Assembly: GCA_038740375.1 (NCBI GenBank)
Contig: JAVYLW010000005.1
Coordinates: forward strand, 6,085-70,084
Direction of reading: 5' to 3'
Source of the DNA: Candidatus Pacearchaeota archaeon
Lineage (GTDB): Archaea; Nanobdellota; Nanobdellia; Pacearchaeales; GW2011-AR1
Length of the DNA stretch: 64,000 nucleotides
Below the pieces are notes generated by a model. That model had not been told where the DNA came from. It did not search any database and saw only the letters and a program-made list of their open reading frames with translations. The position numbers were made by a program, and so were the translations under genes. Below are positions 35,846-46,117 of the stretch, one piece after another (positions within the stretch are counted from its first letter, which is position 1; every line of letters starts with the position of its first letter).

Positions 35846-37387
35846 CTATAATTCAAGTTTTAAAATTCTTTTATAAAATTCTCCAATTTTATCATATATT
35901 CTTTTATCATTGTCATAAAAAGGATTATAAATAGTCTTAATTTTATTATAAGATTCTTTTGCACCTTTTAAATCTTTTTTATTTAAGAATATATAACCTT
36001 TTCTTAATATATCATTTATTTTTTTTTCATGCTCTTCGATATCTTCTTTTAATTCAGGAGATTTAGAAATCTCTTTATTTTTAGAAATTTTTTTTATTTT
36101 TAAAAATAAAAAAATTAAAAACACAAGCATTATAAGTAAAAATACTATTACTATAATTCCAATTGCTATAATAATATAATTCTTTTTTATTTGAGATTTT
36201 TCTTTTAAATTTGGTTCTATCTCCCTCGAGTCTTTATCTTTTAATATTTTTTCGTCCAAATCTTTATCTTCTTGATTATTTTCTTGAATAATCTTTTGAT
36301 TAATATCTCTTATAACTATATTTGCTTTATTATCCTCTACACTTTTTAATTCAACCATTACGTCATAATACTCATCATCATTTAATTCAAATCTTTTAAT
36401 TTCTCCTACGTATAAAGTTACATTTCTCGGTTTTGAAGATATCATAAAAAAAACATAACTATTCTCTTGTTTTTTTTCATCAAATACTATCTCCAATATT
36501 TTTATTTTATGGCCGTTAGGCAAAATAATAATTTCATTTTTTTCATAATCGTTTGAGTATCCTGCGTTTGATTGTAACTCATATACTGAAGGTTCAAATA
36601 TTCTTTTTCCACTAACTTCTATTTGAGAAGATGTTTCTTTTGGAATAGAGTTGTTTTCAGAATTTGAAAAATCTTTTAAGTTGACAAAATAATCAACACA
36701 AATTCCTGCAAGATTACAGCGCTGATTTGGAAGGCATCCAGGCTTGCAAAAATCTCCACATCCATCAGGACCACATTCTTTATTTGAACAATCTGGAATG
36801 CAACTACTTACACATTTTCCGTTTAGATTACAAGTTTTTTCAGGAGGACAAGTTCCGCAAATATTTCCACATCCGTCAATTCCACATTCTCTTCCAATAC
36901 ACGAAGGCTCAGAACAAGATTTAACACACTTATGTGTCAATAAATTACATAATAGACCTTCTTTACAATCACTGTTTGCTAAACATTCAACACAATTTCC
37001 ATTACCATCACAAAATTTATTTTTACCACATCCAGGATCTATTTGTCTAATAGGAGTAGCCATACAGACTTGAGGAGTATTTACGTTTTCATCATTATCA
37101 ACACATTCTAAACATGGAAGACATTCTCCTGAAAAAGAACATTCAGAACCATAACCAAGATTTCCACTACCCATTTGTTGATATATTTCTTCAGAAGAAT
37201 CTCCAAAAACTAAATTTAATGGATTAACTTCTTTTAATGCATATAAAAAAGCATCTTCACCTTCTGGAGGATTTTTTTCTCTAACAAAAAAAGTATATGC
37301 TACAAAAAAATAAAGTGTAAACAGAAATAATACAATTACAAATATAATCAATACATTTTTTAAAGAAGAATTTTTCACCTCCTCCAT
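35846..37387 (-). CDS. Cys-rich surface protein with two TM anchors and C-terminal cytoplasmic helical module
   Basis: Two C..C.G/N.ECG.DGCG..C repeats, TM, and C-terminal INDILRKGY...AKESYNKIKTIY. Start likely ATG 37387. Confidence 0.8.
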   Translation of the reverse strand: MEEVKNSSLKNVLIIFVIVLFLFTLYFFVAYTFFVREKNPPEGEDAFLYALKEVNPLNLVFGDSSEEIYQQMGSGNLGYGSECSFSGECLPCLECVDNDENVNTPQVCMATPIRQIDPGCGKNKFCDGNGNCVECLANSDCKEGLLCNLLTHKCVKSCSEPSCIGRECGIDGCGNICGTCPPEKTCNLNGKCVSSCIPDCSNKECGPDGCGDFCKPGCLPNQRCNLAGICVDYFVNLKDFSNSENNSIPKETSSQIEVSGKRIFEPSVYELQSNAGYSNDYEKNEIIILPNGHKIKILEIVFDEKKQENSYVFFMISSKPRNVTLYVGEIKRFELNDDEYYDVMVELKSVEDNKANIVIRDINQKIIQENNQEDKDLDEKILKDKDSREIEPNLKEKSQIKKNYIIIAIGIIVIVFLLIMLVFLIFLFLKIKKISKNKEISKSPELKEDIEEHEKKINDILRKGYIFLNKKDLKGAKESYNKIKTIYNPFYDNDKRIYDKIGEFYKRILKLEL

Positions 37388-37470
37388 CGAAATAATAGTC
37401 AATTTGTTTTTTTAAATTTTTTCAAAAATACAGAAACAAGGTTTAAAAATTAAAAGTTCCTATTAAAATC

Positions 37471-38106
37471 ATGAGAAAAACTATTTTTTTTGCAGGGTTT
37501 ATATTGTTACTATTGTTTCTTTTTAACATTTATTTTTATTTTGTATTGCCTAATAATATTGTTATTAATTGGAATAAATTTGGAGAACCTAATGGCTATA
37601 TAGAAAAGTTTAAAGGTTTATTTATTTTGCCTTTAATTACATTAATAATTTTTTTAATATTTCTCTTTATACCAAAAATAGATCCTTTGAAAAAAAATTA
37701 TTCAAAATTTAGAAATTATTATGATTCTTTTATATTAATTCTTGTAATTTTTATATTTTATTTTAACATTTTAATAATACTATATAATCTTAAATTTTTT
37801 TTTAACTTTGTTATTGCAATAATTCCTGCATTAAGCTTTCTTTTTATATATATGGGAATTATTTTAAAAAATATAAAACAAAATTGGTTTATTGGAATAA
37901 GAACTCCTTGGACATTATCCAGCACAATAGTTTGGAATAAGACTCATAATTTAGGTAGTTTTTTATTTATTATTTCAGGATTAATATCCTTAATAGGAAT
38001 TCTATTTCCAAAAAAAATTTTTTGGTTTGTTTTAGCACCTATAATAATAAGCGTAATAATCCTTATAATTTATTCTTACATAGAATATGCTAGGGTAAAA
38101 AAATAG
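37471..38106 (+). CDS. SdpI/DUF1648 family membrane (immunity-like) protein
   Basis: LPNNIVINWNKFGEPNGY, PKIDPLKKNY, QNWFIGIRTPWTLSS..VWNKTH. Confidence 0.9.
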   Translation: MRKTIFFAGFILLLLFLFNIYFYFVLPNNIVINWNKFGEPNGYIEKFKGLFILPLITLIIFLIFLFIPKIDPLKKNYSKFRNYYDSFILILVIFIFYFNILIILYNLKFFFNFVIAIIPALSFLFIYMGIILKNIKQNWFIGIRTPWTLSSTIVWNKTHNLGSFLFIISGLISLIGILFPKKIFWFVLAPIIISVIILIIYSYIEYARVKK

Positions 38107-38208
38107 AAATAATCTCTGAATTTTTTAATATTTTTTATTGTCTAATGTTATATCTCTAAAATTTTTGATTTAAAAAATTTAGTTAAAATTATCTTTATTC
38201 ATTTTCAG

Positions 38209-40404
38209 TTATTCGTTTTCAGCTAATCCTTTTCTATTTCTAATTTTTTTCACAACCTCTGACTGTATTGCAGGAGGAACTTTTTCATAACTTTGATCAA
38301 TCATTGAAAATGTGCCTCTTCCTTCAGTTACAGATCTTAAGTCACTTGCAAGTCCAATCATTTCAGCAACAGGACATTTTACTTTCATTGTTATATGTCC
38401 TGCTCCTTGTTCAATATCTATTATTTGTCCTCTTTTACTTTGAAATAATTTTGTTAAATCTCCCATATGTTCTATTGGTCCTTCAACAAGTAAAGTTTGA
38501 ACAGGTTCTAATAAAACAAGACCTGCTGTTTTCATAGACATTCTCATAGAGTCTCTTACTGCAGGATAAACTTGCGCAGGTCCTCTGTGAATTGCATCTT
38601 CATGAAGTTTCATATCAATAATAGAAATTTTTAATTTAGCGCAAGGTTCTCTTGCTAAAGGTCCGGCATCAATAACTTGCTCAATGCCATCCATAATCAT
38701 TTCAATTACTTCACCAATATGAACTTCTCCTCTAACTTTATTTAAAATAGCACATTCTTTATATATATCAATATATTCTCTTGCTTCATCATTAGATACT
38801 CCACATTCATTTAATTTTTTCCAAACTTCTTCTTCTTTTTTCTTTAATCTTCTTTCAGGCAAATCTCTTGATTTTATAGCTTTGTATACTTCATCTTCTA
38901 ACGGTTCAACTTCAATAAAAAAATAGTTATGTTTATTTGGAGATTTTCCTTCACCAGTAGCTCCTTTTTTAGTTACTGTTTCTCTATAAACAACAATAGG
39001 TTCGCTAGTTTTAACATCAACACCTTTTTCAGTTCTAATTCTATTTTCTATAATTTCAAGATGAAGTTCTCCCATTCCAGACATAAGATTTTCACCAGTT
39101 TCTTCATTTATCTCAATTTTTAATGTAGGATCCTCTTTTGCAACTTTTTTTAATACTTCAATTAATTTTGGAAGATCTTGCGGTTTTGGAACTGTTATAG
39201 ATTTTGTAATAACAGGATCAAAAATATGTTTGATATTTTCAAAAGGAGTTTGAGGTTCTATTGTAATTGTTTCTCCAGGTTCAGAGGTAATTCCAGTTAT
39301 TGCAAGAACATTTCCAGCAGGAACCTCTTCCATTTGTTCAGGTTTTATTCCATTATAAACTAAAACCTGTTGAATCTTTTGTTTTTTCTTTGAATTATTT
39401 AAATAAACTTCCATTCCAGGCCTTAACGTTCCTGAAAATAGTCTTCCTGCATTTATTTCTTTTCCAGATCTAGGCTCAATAACAGTATTTGTAATAATAA
39501 AAGCAACTTCAGCATTTTTATCACAATTAATTAATCCTTTTCCAAATTCTGATTCAAGATCTCCTTGCCAAATCTTAGGAATTCTATACTTTTGAGCTTC
39601 AACAGGAGAAGGAAGATGTTTTACAACAGAGTCAAGAAGAACTTCATATAATGGAGCATTTTCCCATACCCATTTTTTTCTTTCATCTTCTGTCATACTT
39701 CCATCGTATAACTTGATTATATCTTTAAAACCAACACCTTTTTTTTGCATATAAACAACAGATAATGCCCAATTATCTCTTGCACTTCCAAATAACACGC
39801 TTCCATCAGCAACATTAACTTTCCATTTTTGTCTATATTCAGTTTCAGCAATTTGTTCAACTAAGAGATTAAAATGATTTATAATCTTCATAAATCTCTC
39901 CTGCATAGCTTCAGGAGTTAATTTTAATTCTTTTATGAGCCTATCAACTTTATTTATAAAAAGTATGGGTTTTACTCTTTCTCGAAGTGCTTGTTTCATT
40001 ACAGTTTCAGTTTGTGGCATAATTCCTTCAGAAGCACAAACAAGAACAATTGTTCCATCAATTGCTCTCATAGCTCTAGTTACATTACCTGAAAAATCAA
40101 CGTGACCTGGAGTATCAATCAAATTAATTAAATATTCTTTTCCAGCAAATTCATGCGCCATGGAAACATTTGCAGCATCAACAGTTAAAAGTCTCTCTTG
40201 TTCGTCTGCATGTTGCCAAGTTAGCATTCCACCCTCAAGATCTCCTGCAAGTTTTTCACTCATCATTCCAGCAGCAGCAAGCAAATTATCAGTTAATGCA
40301 GTTTTTCCATGATGAATATGTGCAGAAGTAGCAATATTTCTAATATTATCTTGATTTGCTACTAATCTTTTAATTTTTTCGAATGGAGTTTCTTTTTTAA
40401 CCAT
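38209..40404 (-). CDS. fusA: Translation elongation factor EF-2
   Basis: IRNIA..AHIHHGKT, DTPGHVDF, NKVD, GMGELHLEI, SPNKHN, and diphthamide loop HEDAIHRG. Confidence 0.96.
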   Translation of the reverse strand: MVKKETPFEKIKRLVANQDNIRNIATSAHIHHGKTALTDNLLAAAGMMSEKLAGDLEGGMLTWQHADEQERLLTVDAANVSMAHEFAGKEYLINLIDTPGHVDFSGNVTRAMRAIDGTIVLVCASEGIMPQTETVMKQALRERVKPILFINKVDRLIKELKLTPEAMQERFMKIINHFNLLVEQIAETEYRQKWKVNVADGSVLFGSARDNWALSVVYMQKKGVGFKDIIKLYDGSMTEDERKKWVWENAPLYEVLLDSVVKHLPSPVEAQKYRIPKIWQGDLESEFGKGLINCDKNAEVAFIITNTVIEPRSGKEINAGRLFSGTLRPGMEVYLNNSKKKQKIQQVLVYNGIKPEQMEEVPAGNVLAITGITSEPGETITIEPQTPFENIKHIFDPVITKSITVPKPQDLPKLIEVLKKVAKEDPTLKIEINEETGENLMSGMGELHLEIIENRIRTEKGVDVKTSEPIVVYRETVTKKGATGEGKSPNKHNYFFIEVEPLEDEVYKAIKSRDLPERRLKKKEEEVWKKLNECGVSNDEAREYIDIYKECAILNKVRGEVHIGEVIEMIMDGIEQVIDAGPLAREPCAKLKISIIDMKLHEDAIHRGPAQVYPAVRDSMRMSMKTAGLVLLEPVQTLLVEGPIEHMGDLTKLFQSKRGQIIDIEQGAGHITMKVKCPVAEMIGLASDLRSVTEGRGTFSMIDQSYEKVPPAIQSEVVKKIRNRKGLAENE

Positions 40405-40661
40405 ATTAAATATTTATTATATACCTTTATTATTATAATAGTAATTCTCGATAAAATTTATCAAGAATATTTATTGATATAAAACCTGCTTTAAAAAGGT
40501 TTTTGTTTTTATTAATAATTATTAGAAATAAAATTTCTTAAAACTATTAAACTAATAATGATAATATTTACCAAATTTTTTTTAAATAAGTTCTCAATTA
40601 TTTAGTTATACTAATTTATTAATGAAAAATAAAATTTTTATAAATAATATGAAATTTAGAA

Positions 40662-41330
40662 TTATCTTGCACTATCAGCTTGCTTTTCAGATTCTTTTTT
40701 CTTTGTTAAGGAATAACTATCAGCATCGTTATTATATGTTTTAATTATTTCTTCAGCCAAAGCTTCTTCAATTTTTTTCTTTTTGTTAAAAGACTTATCA
40801 TAACTTCCTTGAACAATATTTTTTAAAGTCATAGTAAGTCTTTTAGAAGGAGATATATCTACTGCTTGAGGATATTTTGCTCCACCATATTCAATAACAG
40901 TTATTCCATCTCTTGGAGCAGCATTTTCAATTGCACTTACAAGAACTTGAATCGGATTTTGATTAGTTTTCTTTTCAATTATTTGTAAACATTTTATGAC
41001 AATTTTCATATTTTGTGAATACTTTCCAGATTTCCAATTTGTCATTAATTTGTGTTTTTTTCCTCTATGTCCTGGAACAGCAATTAAATTTGCAAATAAT
41101 TCTAATAAATTTATTTTACTTTTTCCAAATTTTTCTCTTGTTCTTCCATAACTTTTAACAAGAAGTTTTGGTTCAAGATTAATATATCTTTTAATTCCAG
41201 GGTCGTTTATCTTTATTTCAGAAACATCAAATAAATTAAACAATTTAAAATCACTAGATTTTTTTTCTTTTATTTTTTTTTCTTGAATTTCAAATTCTTC
41301 ATTCTCTTGTGTTATAGTTTCGGTTTTCAT
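40662..41330 (-). CDS. rps7: 30S ribosomal protein uS7
   Basis: NPIQVLVSAIENAAPRD, YGGAKYPQAVDISPSKR, and position after rps12. Confidence 0.95.
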   Translation of the reverse strand: MKTETITQENEEFEIQEKKIKEKKSSDFKLFNLFDVSEIKINDPGIKRYINLEPKLLVKSYGRTREKFGKSKINLLELFANLIAVPGHRGKKHKLMTNWKSGKYSQNMKIVIKCLQIIEKKTNQNPIQVLVSAIENAAPRDGITVIEYGGAKYPQAVDISPSKRLTMTLKNIVQGSYDKSFNKKKKIEEALAEEIIKTYNNDADSYSLTKKKESEKQADSAR

Positions 41331-41331
41331 T

Positions 41332-41754
41332 TTATCTTCTACCTTTCTCTATTTTTCCTTTCCATAATAATTTTAGTGGTTGATCATTTACTTTAATAAC
41401 TTTCCATCTGACACCTGGAATATCTCCTTTAGAACGTCCTTGTTTTCCTCCAATTCTTTCAATCACAACTTCATCATGTTCGTCAATAAATTTTTGAGCA
41501 AGATTTCCAGGAATAAAGGCAGTTACAGTTTTTGCATTTTTAATAAGTTGCACTTTACAACATTTTCTCATTGCAGAATTAGGCTGTTTTGCTTCTTTTT
41601 GAACTTTTTCAATAACAATTCCTTTAGCTTGATTTTTTCCTCCAAGAGGATCAGATTTTTTAAAAAGATTTAAAGTTCTTATTTTATAAGGCCTATCATG
41701 CCATCTAAATTTTTTTCTATTTTTCATTAATTTTGTAGCATTATTTATTCCCAT
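41332..41754 (-). CDS. rps12: 30S ribosomal protein uS12
   Basis: [28 protein letters not shown]. Confidence 0.96.
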   Translation of the reverse strand: MGINNATKLMKNRKKFRWHDRPYKIRTLNLFKKSDPLGGKNQAKGIVIEKVQKEAKQPNSAMRKCCKVQLIKNAKTVTAFIPGNLAQKFIDEHDEVVIERIGGKQGRSKGDIPGVRWKVIKVNDQPLKLLWKGKIEKGRR

Positions 41755-42034
41755 ATTCCTTTTTGATGATTTAATTAAATTCAGAAATTAATCCTGAAAT
41801 TTATAATAAATTAATTATATTAAAGGTTTTTAAAGGTTACTAGTTTATTTTTTTAAAATTTTTTTAAAATAATAAATGTATTCTCTAATAAAAATTACGA
41901 TTATTATTCTTTTGAATCATAATTAACTTAATCTTGTTAAGAAAAATATAATTTTGAAAAGCAAAATATATCATATATTATGTTTAAATATGATTATATA
42001 AAAAATTAAATAATCTTGTTATGAACTTTCGATT

Positions 42035-42454
42035 TTATTTTACTCTAACTTTTCTTATACCAAAATATTGACCTAAAATATCTTCCATTTCAGAAAGTCG
42101 AGCTTTTTCTTTTCCTATTAAAGATGCTTTACTTTGAATGTTTGCAGAAATTATAGCTTCACCATTTTTAATTTCAATATTTTTAAATTTAATAGGATAA
42201 GTTATAATTGAAACAAAGTTTTTTATATCTTCAATCCCTTTTGGAATAGCTACAATTTTTATTTTTTTTCCTAATATATCACTTAATTTTTTTAAATTAA
42301 TATTATCAGGTCCAATTGCTTTCATTACAAGATTTCTAGGAACTACAAAAATAATCGTATTATTATATTCAAAGCAATGATTTGTAGAAATACGAGTTAT
42401 TCTATTAAATAAATTAACATATCTAATGAACTTCATATCTAATACTTTAACCAT
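42035..42454 (-). CDS. nusA: Archaeal NusA-like KH protein
   Basis: KAIGPDNINLKKL and LIGKEK KH motifs, in the conserved position after rpoA. Confidence 0.88.
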   Translation of the reverse strand: MVKVLDMKFIRYVNLFNRITRISTNHCFEYNNTIIFVVPRNLVMKAIGPDNINLKKLSDILGKKIKIVAIPKGIEDIKNFVSIITYPIKFKNIEIKNGEAIISANIQSKASLIGKEKARLSEMEDILGQYFGIRKVRVK

Positions 42455-42553
42455 TTTAATTCAAAAAAAAATTTTCCCTTGGTTTTGTATTGAAGACGGA
42501 GTATTTAAACTTTTCGAAAAAAAATGATCGATGATAAAATTATTTTAAAATAA

Positions 42554-45500
42554 TTATTCTTCAATAGGTTTTGTTTTATGAGTAGAAATATCCTTAGTTT
42601 CTCGTGTCATATACTCTACACTTTTATCTTTTTTCGGTTTTTTATCTGATAATGGTCCAGTGACTTCAACCATTAATCCAGGAAGACCAGTTCCTATAGG
42701 AACAGGCTGATTTAAGATTATATTTTCAATTACAGAATCTAATTCATCTTTGTTATCTTTTAGTGTTGCATTAACAAAATGTTTTATAGGAGTTTCAAAA
42801 CTTGCTCTAGCAAGAATAGAACTTTTTTGAGAAATAATTCCCATTCTAGTAATTCCATTCACATGACCTTCAGAAGTCATTGCGTCAGCAATTAATCTCA
42901 AATGTCTTTCATTAATATTTAAACCTTGAGAGTTTATTACTTTTTCAATTTCTTTAATAATAGTACTTCTTGCAACTTCAATTCCAAAGACTTCACAAAC
43001 TTCATGAATATTATTTGAAATTGTTTTGTTAGGGTCAACTCCTTTAAATTTAATTACTTCTTTTAAATTAGTTCCTGCTGTTAATATAATGTATTCTTCA
43101 TCTCTTTTTATAACGAGTATTTGTTCAATTCCTTTTATTCCAGATATAACTACTTCCTTTAGTTTTTCTTTTAATTTATAAAGTTCTTTAAAATTTGTAT
43201 CTTTTTGGGTGAATACTATAACATTGCCTTTTGCTTTAACTCCTCCTTTACAAATTTTTGTTTCTTCATTTAATCTTTTAACAATTGTATCAATAGAAGA
43301 ATGGACTCTTTTTACAGCTTCTGTATCAATAGTAGCTTCTATTTTCTTTTCTGCAAAATTTATTTTTATTTCTCTTACAATATCCTTTAATTTTATTTCT
43401 TGTATTTTTTCAGCTATTATTTTAGCATCTTTTTCGTTATTATGTTCTTTATCTAAATGTATCTCCATTTCAGGTGTTGAAGGATTTCTACGAGCATCAA
43501 AAATTTCTATTAATCTAGGAAGTCCTGATGTTATCTGCATTTCTGAAATTCCTGCAAAATGAAATACGTTTAATGCCATTTGAGTTGAAGGTTCACCAAA
43601 AGATTGTGCAGTTACAATTCCAATAGCTTCTCCAGGTGAGATATCTTTTCCTTTGTGAATTCCAGAGACATCTTTTCCATCTTCACCATATTTAAACTGT
43701 ATAATCGATCCAGAACCGTCTCTTACTGTGGAATCATATTCAACTCTTATATCTTGTAAAGCATTAGCAAGTCTTCTATATAAATAACCTGATTTTGGAG
43801 TTCTTAATGCAGTGTCCATCAGACTATCTCTTCCAGTTATTGCTCCAAAAAAGAATTCATAAGGTTCCAAACCTTTTAAAAATGAGCTATAAATAAAACC
43901 TCTTGCTTTTGGAGATAAATCACCTTCTTTAAAAAAAGATAATGTTCTATTAGTATAACCTATTGAAATTCTTTTTCCCCATAAAGCTTGTTGACCAACA
44001 CAACATGCCATCTGTGTTATGTTTAAAAGATTTCCTCCAGCTCCAGAATTCATCATAAAGTTTATTGGATTAGATTTTGGAATTTCTTTTCCAACGATTT
44101 TTCCAATTTTTGTTCTAATTCCATTTAAGGTTTGCAAAATTTTAATTTCTCTAGTTTCTTCTAAAGTTTTTCCAGGTATTATTTCTAACGTGCCTTTGTT
44201 AAAACTTTCTATAATCTTTTTAGTTTCATTTTCAGCTTCTTCAATAATTTCTTCACTTTGTTTTTTGACTTTGTCATTAACCATTAAGTCATTTACTGAA
44301 ATAGTAAATCCATGTTTTGTAAGATAATTTGTTCCAAGAGAGAAAATTCTTTCTAGTGTTTCGATTGTTTTTTTTCTTCCAAGCTCTTTATCTAATGATT
44401 TAATAATTCCTCCTACTTCTACTCCAAAAGAATATTCATCAATAAGTCCTGTTTCTATTCTTCCATTTTTGATATTTATTAAGTCTCCATTTTTGGTTTT
44501 ACCTTTAAAATCTATTTTTGGAATAACTTCAGATATGACTTCTTTTCCTTCTATTTTTTGTTTATTTATTTTTAAATTCTCTATTCCTGATTGATATAAT
44601 AAATGAATAGCATCGCTTTTAGATATTATTGCGTTTGATAAAAGGAAATTTCCAGTAACTGCATCAGATATACAGCCTAATAAATTGCTATTATCTTTAC
44701 ATGACATGAGATTTTGATTTACATCCATCAATATTTTCGCTTCAGCTCTTGCTTCTTCTGTTTGTGGAACATGTATGTTCATTTCATCTCCATCAAAATC
44801 CGCATTGTAAGGAGGAGCTGCAGCAGGATGTATTCTAAATGTTTTATAAGGTAAAACTTTAACAAAATGAGCCATTAGACTTGCTTTATGAAGTGACGGA
44901 TGTCTGTTAAAGAGAACAACATCACCATCAATTAATTGTCTTTCAACAATATAACCTTGTTTTAATTCTTCTAATATTTCTGATTTAAGTTCTTTTGTAA
45001 CTCTTTTTTTTCTTCCATCAGGTCTTATAATATAATTAGCCGTAGGATATTTATCGTTAATGATTATTTTTTTTAATTTTTCAATATTTTTTGTAGTTAC
45101 TCTTTCATTTACAGTTAATATTTCAGCTATTTCTAATGGAACTCCAACTTCGTTTAATTTTAATGCAGGATCAGGAGAAATTACAGTTCTTGATGAGAAA
45201 TTAACTCTTTTTCCAGCTAAATTATGTCTTATTCTTCCTTCTTTTCCTTTTATTCTTTCTGTAATTGTTTTAAGAGGCTGTCCGCTTCTATGTCTTGCTG
45301 GAGGAATTTTTGTTATAGAATTATCAAAAAAAGTTGTAATATGATATTGTAACAAATCCCACAAGTCTTCAATAATTACTTCAGGAGCTCCTGCGTTTAA
45401 ATTTTCCCAAAGTCTCTGATTAGCTCTTATTATATCAGAAAGTTTGTGAGTTAAATCATCTTCAGATCTTTCTCCACTCTCAAGAGTAATTGATGGTCTT

Positions 45501-46102
45501 ATAGTTACAGAAGGAACAAGTAATAATGTAAGAACAGCCCATTCAGGTCTAAAAATTTTAGGATTTATTCCGGCAAGTTTTGCTTCTTCATCAGAAATTC
45601 TAGTAAGTCTATCTCTTATATCACTTGGAAAAAGTCTCTTTTTTCCTATTCTAAATGTAGTTGGTTTTTCAAGCTTAATTTTTTCTTGTTCACAATTACA
45701 ATGAGGACATTTTTTTGAATCTTTAGCTCTTTTTAATCTTTCTTTAACTGTTTTATATTTCTCTAAATCTTTTTCTTTAATCATTAATCTGTGACATTCA
45801 GAACAAAAACATCTTAAAAAAAGTTCAATGACAGGAACATATTTTATATGAAGAACAGGTCTTGCAAGTTCAATCATTCCAGGATGTCCAAGGCATTCTT
45901 TAAGCCTTCCTCCACAAGTTCTGCATCTTACTCCAGGATCAATTGCACCAAGTCTAAGATCCATTAATCCTCCATCAACAGGATATCCATCAACATCATA
46001 AAGTTCAGGAGTTATAATCTTAGCTTTAGCTATTTTTTTTATTTCTTCAGGTGACAAAAGTGAAAATTGCAAACTTTCAACTTGTTTTCTTATAGGTTTC
46101 AT
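42554..46102 (-). CDS. rpoA1: DNA-directed RNA polymerase largest subunit, A' and A'' fused
   Basis: CRTC..CLGH, YNADFDGDEMN and TPKSGYLYRRL, continuing in frame into PGEAIGIVTAQSFGEPSTQM, GLPRLIE and ARASFETP. Confidence 0.96.
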   Translation of the reverse strand: MKPIRKQVESLQFSLLSPEEIKKIAKAKIITPELYDVDGYPVDGGLMDLRLGAIDPGVRCRTCGGRLKECLGHPGMIELARPVLHIKYVPVIELFLRCFCSECHRLMIKEKDLEKYKTVKERLKRAKDSKKCPHCNCEQEKIKLEKPTTFRIGKKRLFPSDIRDRLTRISDEEAKLAGINPKIFRPEWAVLTLLLVPSVTIRPSITLESGERSEDDLTHKLSDIIRANQRLWENLNAGAPEVIIEDLWDLLQYHITTFFDNSITKIPPARHRSGQPLKTITERIKGKEGRIRHNLAGKRVNFSSRTVISPDPALKLNEVGVPLEIAEILTVNERVTTKNIEKLKKIIINDKYPTANYIIRPDGRKKRVTKELKSEILEELKQGYIVERQLIDGDVVLFNRHPSLHKASLMAHFVKVLPYKTFRIHPAAAPPYNADFDGDEMNIHVPQTEEARAEAKILMDVNQNLMSCKDNSNLLGCISDAVTGNFLLSNAIISKSDAIHLLYQSGIENLKINKQKIEGKEVISEVIPKIDFKGKTKNGDLINIKNGRIETGLIDEYSFGVEVGGIIKSLDKELGRKKTIETLERIFSLGTNYLTKHGFTISVNDLMVNDKVKKQSEEIIEEAENETKKIIESFNKGTLEIIPGKTLEETREIKILQTLNGIRTKIGKIVGKEIPKSNPINFMMNSGAGGNLLNITQMACCVGQQALWGKRISIGYTNRTLSFFKEGDLSPKARGFIYSSFLKGLEPYEFFFGAITGRDSLMDTALRTPKSGYLYRRLANALQDIRVEYDSTVRDGSGSIIQFKYGEDGKDVSGIHKGKDISPGEAIGIVTAQSFGEPSTQMALNVFHFAGISEMQITSGLPRLIEIFDARRNPSTPEMEIHLDKEHNNEKDAKIIAEKIQEIKLKDIVREIKINFAEKKIEATIDTEAVKRVHSSIDTIVKRLNEETKICKGGVKAKGNVIVFTQKDTNFKELYKLKEKLKEVVISGIKGIEQILVIKRDEEYIILTAGTNLKEVIKFKGVDPNKTISNNIHEVCEVFGIEVARSTIIKEIEKVINSQGLNINERHLRLIADAMTSEGHVNGITRMGIISQKSSILARASFETPIKHFVNATLKDNKDELDSVIENIILNQPVPIGTGLPGLMVEVTGPLSDKKPKKDKSVEYMTRETKDISTHKTKPIEE

Positions 46103-46117
46103 TTTATTTTTAAAAAT

